From contig JBGQGY010000093.1 in the NCBI GenBank assembly GCA_041497675.1, positions 1 through 15,601 of the forward strand: 15,601 bases of DNA, read 5' to 3'. Below, one piece after another: positions 13,498 to 15,601 of the stretch. A program made the position numbers and the translations under genes. The notes beneath the pieces were generated by a model. It made no database searches. It saw only the letters and a program-made list of their open reading frames with translations, and was not told the origin of the DNA. The DNA comes from a bacterium (GTDB lineage: Bacteria > Sysuimicrobiota > Sysuimicrobiia > Sysuimicrobiales > Humicultoraceae). Each line of letters begins with the position of its first letter. The stretch's first letter is position 1.

Positions 13498-14069
13498 CCA
13501 CGACGCACATGACCAGGCTCGACGCCACCAAGGCCCTCCTGCGGCTGCTCGATCGCCAGCCGGTCCTGTCAAACCTGGGAGGGAATTCGTACGACCTGCT
13601 TGCGGCGGGCGATCGGCCTGAGAACTTTTACACGTGGGGCGCGATGGGTTCAGTGTCGTCGGTGGGGCTGGGGCTCGCGCTCAGCCGGCCGTCGTTGCGG
13701 GTGGTCGTGCTCGACTGCGACGGGTCCCTGTTGATGAATCTCGGTAGCCTGGCGACGATCGCCTCGCAGCGACCCGCAAACCTCGTCCACATCGTGTTCG
13801 ACAACCGGATGTATGAGACGACAGGCGGTCAGGCGACGCACACCGCGCGCGGCGCGAGCCTGACGGCCATCGGGCGAGGGGCGGGGCTCACCCAGGTCGA
13901 GGATGTCGACACGATCGAGGCCTTCTCACGCGCCGTCGGTCGGGCGCTCAAAGACCCCGGGCCGTGGCTGATCGTCGCTCTGGTCGACGCTTCGGTCTCG
14001 ACAAACAAGATCCCGCGGCGCCCGATCTATTTCAAGGACCGTTTCGTCGACGCGATTCGGCCGCAGTAG
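13494..14069 (+). CDS. comE: ThDP-dependent decarboxylase beta subunit (sulfopyruvate/phosphonopyruvate decarboxylase-like, PP domain), 191 aa
   Basis: DRPENFY.WGAMGSVSSVGLGLAL, variant ThDP motif D(C)DGSLLMNLG...VFDN and YETTGGQ.T. ATGA overlap with the alpha-subunit stop; an alternative Met is at 13509. Confidence 0.78.
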   Translation: MTTTHMTRLDATKALLRLLDRQPVLSNLGGNSYDLLAAGDRPENFYTWGAMGSVSSVGLGLALSRPSLRVVVLDCDGSLLMNLGSLATIASQRPANLVHIVFDNRMYETTGGQATHTARGASLTAIGRGAGLTQVEDVDTIEAFSRAVGRALKDPGPWLIVALVDASVSTNKIPRRPIYFKDRFVDAIRPQ

Positions 14070-15450
14070 GCGGCCGCCGCGTGTGCCAGTCGGTCTCTCG
14101 CTGAAACTTCATCCCCACCTGCAGGATCGTCGACTCGTCAAATAGGTTGCCGGTCACGGCCAGAGACAGCGGCAGGCCTTGCCGGCCAAACCCCATCGGG
14201 AGACCCAGCGCCGGGACGCCGGACAGCGCGCCGAGCACGCTGTAGTTGCCGCGTTTCCGGGGCGTGGTCTTGATGTTCGTCTCCAGCGTCAGCGACTCGT
14301 TCATCAGTGACGGTGAGACGAGCGCGTCGAACGTCTCGAAGAGACGCAGCACGTCGCGGGTTATCACCATGCGCCGCTGCTGTGCCCGCACGTAGTCCGA
14401 CGCCGCCAGCTTCAACGACTCCCGCAGCCCGTTCTTCTGTCCGGTATCGACCAACGCGTCGAGTCTCTCGCTCGTGATCAACTCGGCGTGCGCCGCCGCC
14501 ATCTCGCCGTTGAGGAGCGTCATGGCGGTTTCGACGTACGGATGGTCGGGCATCTGCGCCTGCGCGACCCGCATGCCCGATCGTCTCAGCACGCGCACCG
14601 CCTCGTTGAACGCCGCCTCCAGTTCTGGGGCGTCGGAAAAATCCGCCGGAAGAATGCCAAGACGTAGATTCCTGCGGGCCGCGCGCGGGTTGAACGCGAA
14701 CCCAGGCCGGGTCGCGGTCACATCGTGCCCGTCGGCACCGGCGATCGCCTGCAGCACCCAGCCACAGTCCTCGGCGCTTCGCGCCATCGGGCCGATCTTG
14801 TCCATGCTCCACGACAGCTCCATCGCGCCGTGGCGGCTGACGAGTCCCCAGGTCGGGCGCAGCCCGGTCACGCCGCAGTAGGCCGACGGCGTGACGATGC
14901 TGCCCCATGTCTCAGAGCCCAGCGCGTAGGGCACGAGCCCCGCGGCGACCGCGCTGCCCGACCCGGACGACGAACCCCCCGCCCAGTGCCCCACGTTCCA
15001 TGGATTCAAGCCCGGTCCGTGCAGCGACGCCGTCGCGTACTCGTAGCCGCCGCCACCGGCCAGTTCCACCATGGCGAGCTTGCCGACGAGCACGGCGCCG
15101 GCATCCGCCAACCGTCGAACCACGGTCGCATCGTGGTCGAGCACCTGATCGCGATGCGCCGGCGACCCCCACCGGGTGGGGATCCCTTTGGTCGCCAGCA
15201 GATCTTTCGCCCCGTAGGGCACGCCCAGCAGGGGCGAGCGGCGATCCTTGCTGCGCAGCCGTCGATCCGCCCGCCGCGCCTGCGCCAGGGCAAGATCGGG
15301 TGTCAGTTCCGCGAGCGCGTTGTACGTCGGCCCCATACGGTTGAGCCGATCCAGGAAGATCTTGGTGAGCTCCACCGACGAGATCTTCCGCGCCCGCAGT
15401 TCACGGCCCAGTTCCGTCGCGGTTTTGAAGAACGAGTCGTTGTCAGCCAC
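14032..15450 (-). CDS. amidase signature family protein (GatA-like fold), 472 aa
   Basis: Ser-cisSer-Lys triad motifs GVPYGAKDL, GGSSSGSG and GSETWGSI, plus TGLRPTWGLVSR.G and SMDKIGP. The likely start is GTG 15450 after GGGGGA. No gatB or gatC nearby, so probably not GatA itself. Confidence 0.88.
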   Translation of the reverse strand: MADNDSFFKTATELGRELRARKISSVELTKIFLDRLNRMGPTYNALAELTPDLALAQARRADRRLRSKDRRSPLLGVPYGAKDLLATKGIPTRWGSPAHRDQVLDHDATVVRRLADAGAVLVGKLAMVELAGGGGYEYATASLHGPGLNPWNVGHWAGGSSSGSGSAVAAGLVPYALGSETWGSIVTPSAYCGVTGLRPTWGLVSRHGAMELSWSMDKIGPMARSAEDCGWVLQAIAGADGHDVTATRPGFAFNPRAARRNLRLGILPADFSDAPELEAAFNEAVRVLRRSGMRVAQAQMPDHPYVETAMTLLNGEMAAAHAELITSERLDALVDTGQKNGLRESLKLAASDYVRAQQRRMVITRDVLRLFETFDALVSPSLMNESLTLETNIKTTPRKRGNYSVLGALSGVPALGLPMGFGRQGLPLSLAVTGNLFDESTILQVGMKFQRETDWHTRRPPTAAESRRRNGP

Positions 15451-15484
15451 GCGTGCATCCCCCAGATGTGTCATCACGCTGCAG

Positions 15485-15538
15485 AAGCCTCCCCGCGGGA
15501 CGGGGGCCGCAGCGCCGAGCGCCCCGACAGGGAGGCTT
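15485..15538 (-). terminator. long intergenic stem-loop after the RbsB-like gene (terminator or mRNA-stabilising hairpin)
   Basis: Outer stem AAGCCTCCC (15485-15493) / GGGAGGCTT (15530-15538), inner CGGGG/CCCCG pairing. It starts 4 nt after the stop at 15543 and has only a short U-run. Confidence 0.5.
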
Positions 15539-15542
15539 GAGC

Positions 15543-15601
15543 CTACTTCGTCACGAGCTTCAGCGGGACGGGCGTGAACTTCGGCAGCTTCTGCCCGCCG
15601 A
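15543..15601 (-). CDS. 3' end of a probable sugar (ribose-type, RbsB-like) ABC substrate-binding protein (partial)
   Basis: Minus frame reads GGQKLPKFTPVPLKLVTK*, resembling the typical G.K.....PV.LKLVTK C-terminus of RbsB-family proteins. Only 18 codons are visible. Confidence 0.55.
   Translation of the reverse strand, partial: GGQKLPKFTPVPLKLVTK

Noticed and set aside
14032..15450. Calling the amidase gatA
   Set aside because: No gatB or gatC adjacent, and motifs differ from GatA (ETWGS, MVELAGGG rather than DTGGS, MDEFAMG).
1..15601. CRISPR array, IS/transposase, integrase, tRNA/rRNA or known riboswitch
   Set aside because: No regularly spaced repeats or recognisable signatures seen by eye. 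An Rfam/Infernal scan would be needed to exclude small RNAs.

Overview
GC-rich bacterial chromosomal window, densely coding. I saw no mobile elements, CRISPR arrays, rRNA or tRNA genes. In order: the end of a small membrane-protein gene (+); an orphan AfuA/FbpA-type ABC substrate-binding protein (-, probably leaderless); a stand-alone cNMP-binding protein, a family-5 peptide-type binding protein and a coupled arginine synthetase (ArcE)/cDPGS-like P-loop enzyme (+); a 39-aa membrane microprotein missing from the ORF track (+); a bacterial aeRF1-like release/hibernation factor (-) divergent from a GNAT/acyl-CoA-ligase (Pat-type) gene coupled to a Mg2+ P-type ATPase, mgtA (+); two exported proteins, one DUF5666-like (-), divergent from an OsmC-family gene (+); a probably leaderless ComD/ComE-like ThDP decarboxylase pair (+); an amidase (-); and the C-terminus of an RbsB-like binding protein (-). 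The main new observation is a 16-bp palindrome, TCGGS-N6-SCSGA, found three times in the two central divergent intergenic regions. Each copy lies 23-24 nt from a -10-like hexamer, four such promoters in all. This suggests one activator co-regulates aeRF1-like factor, Pat-mgtA, the exported pair and osmC as a stress/dormancy regulon. That interpretation is inference and untested.
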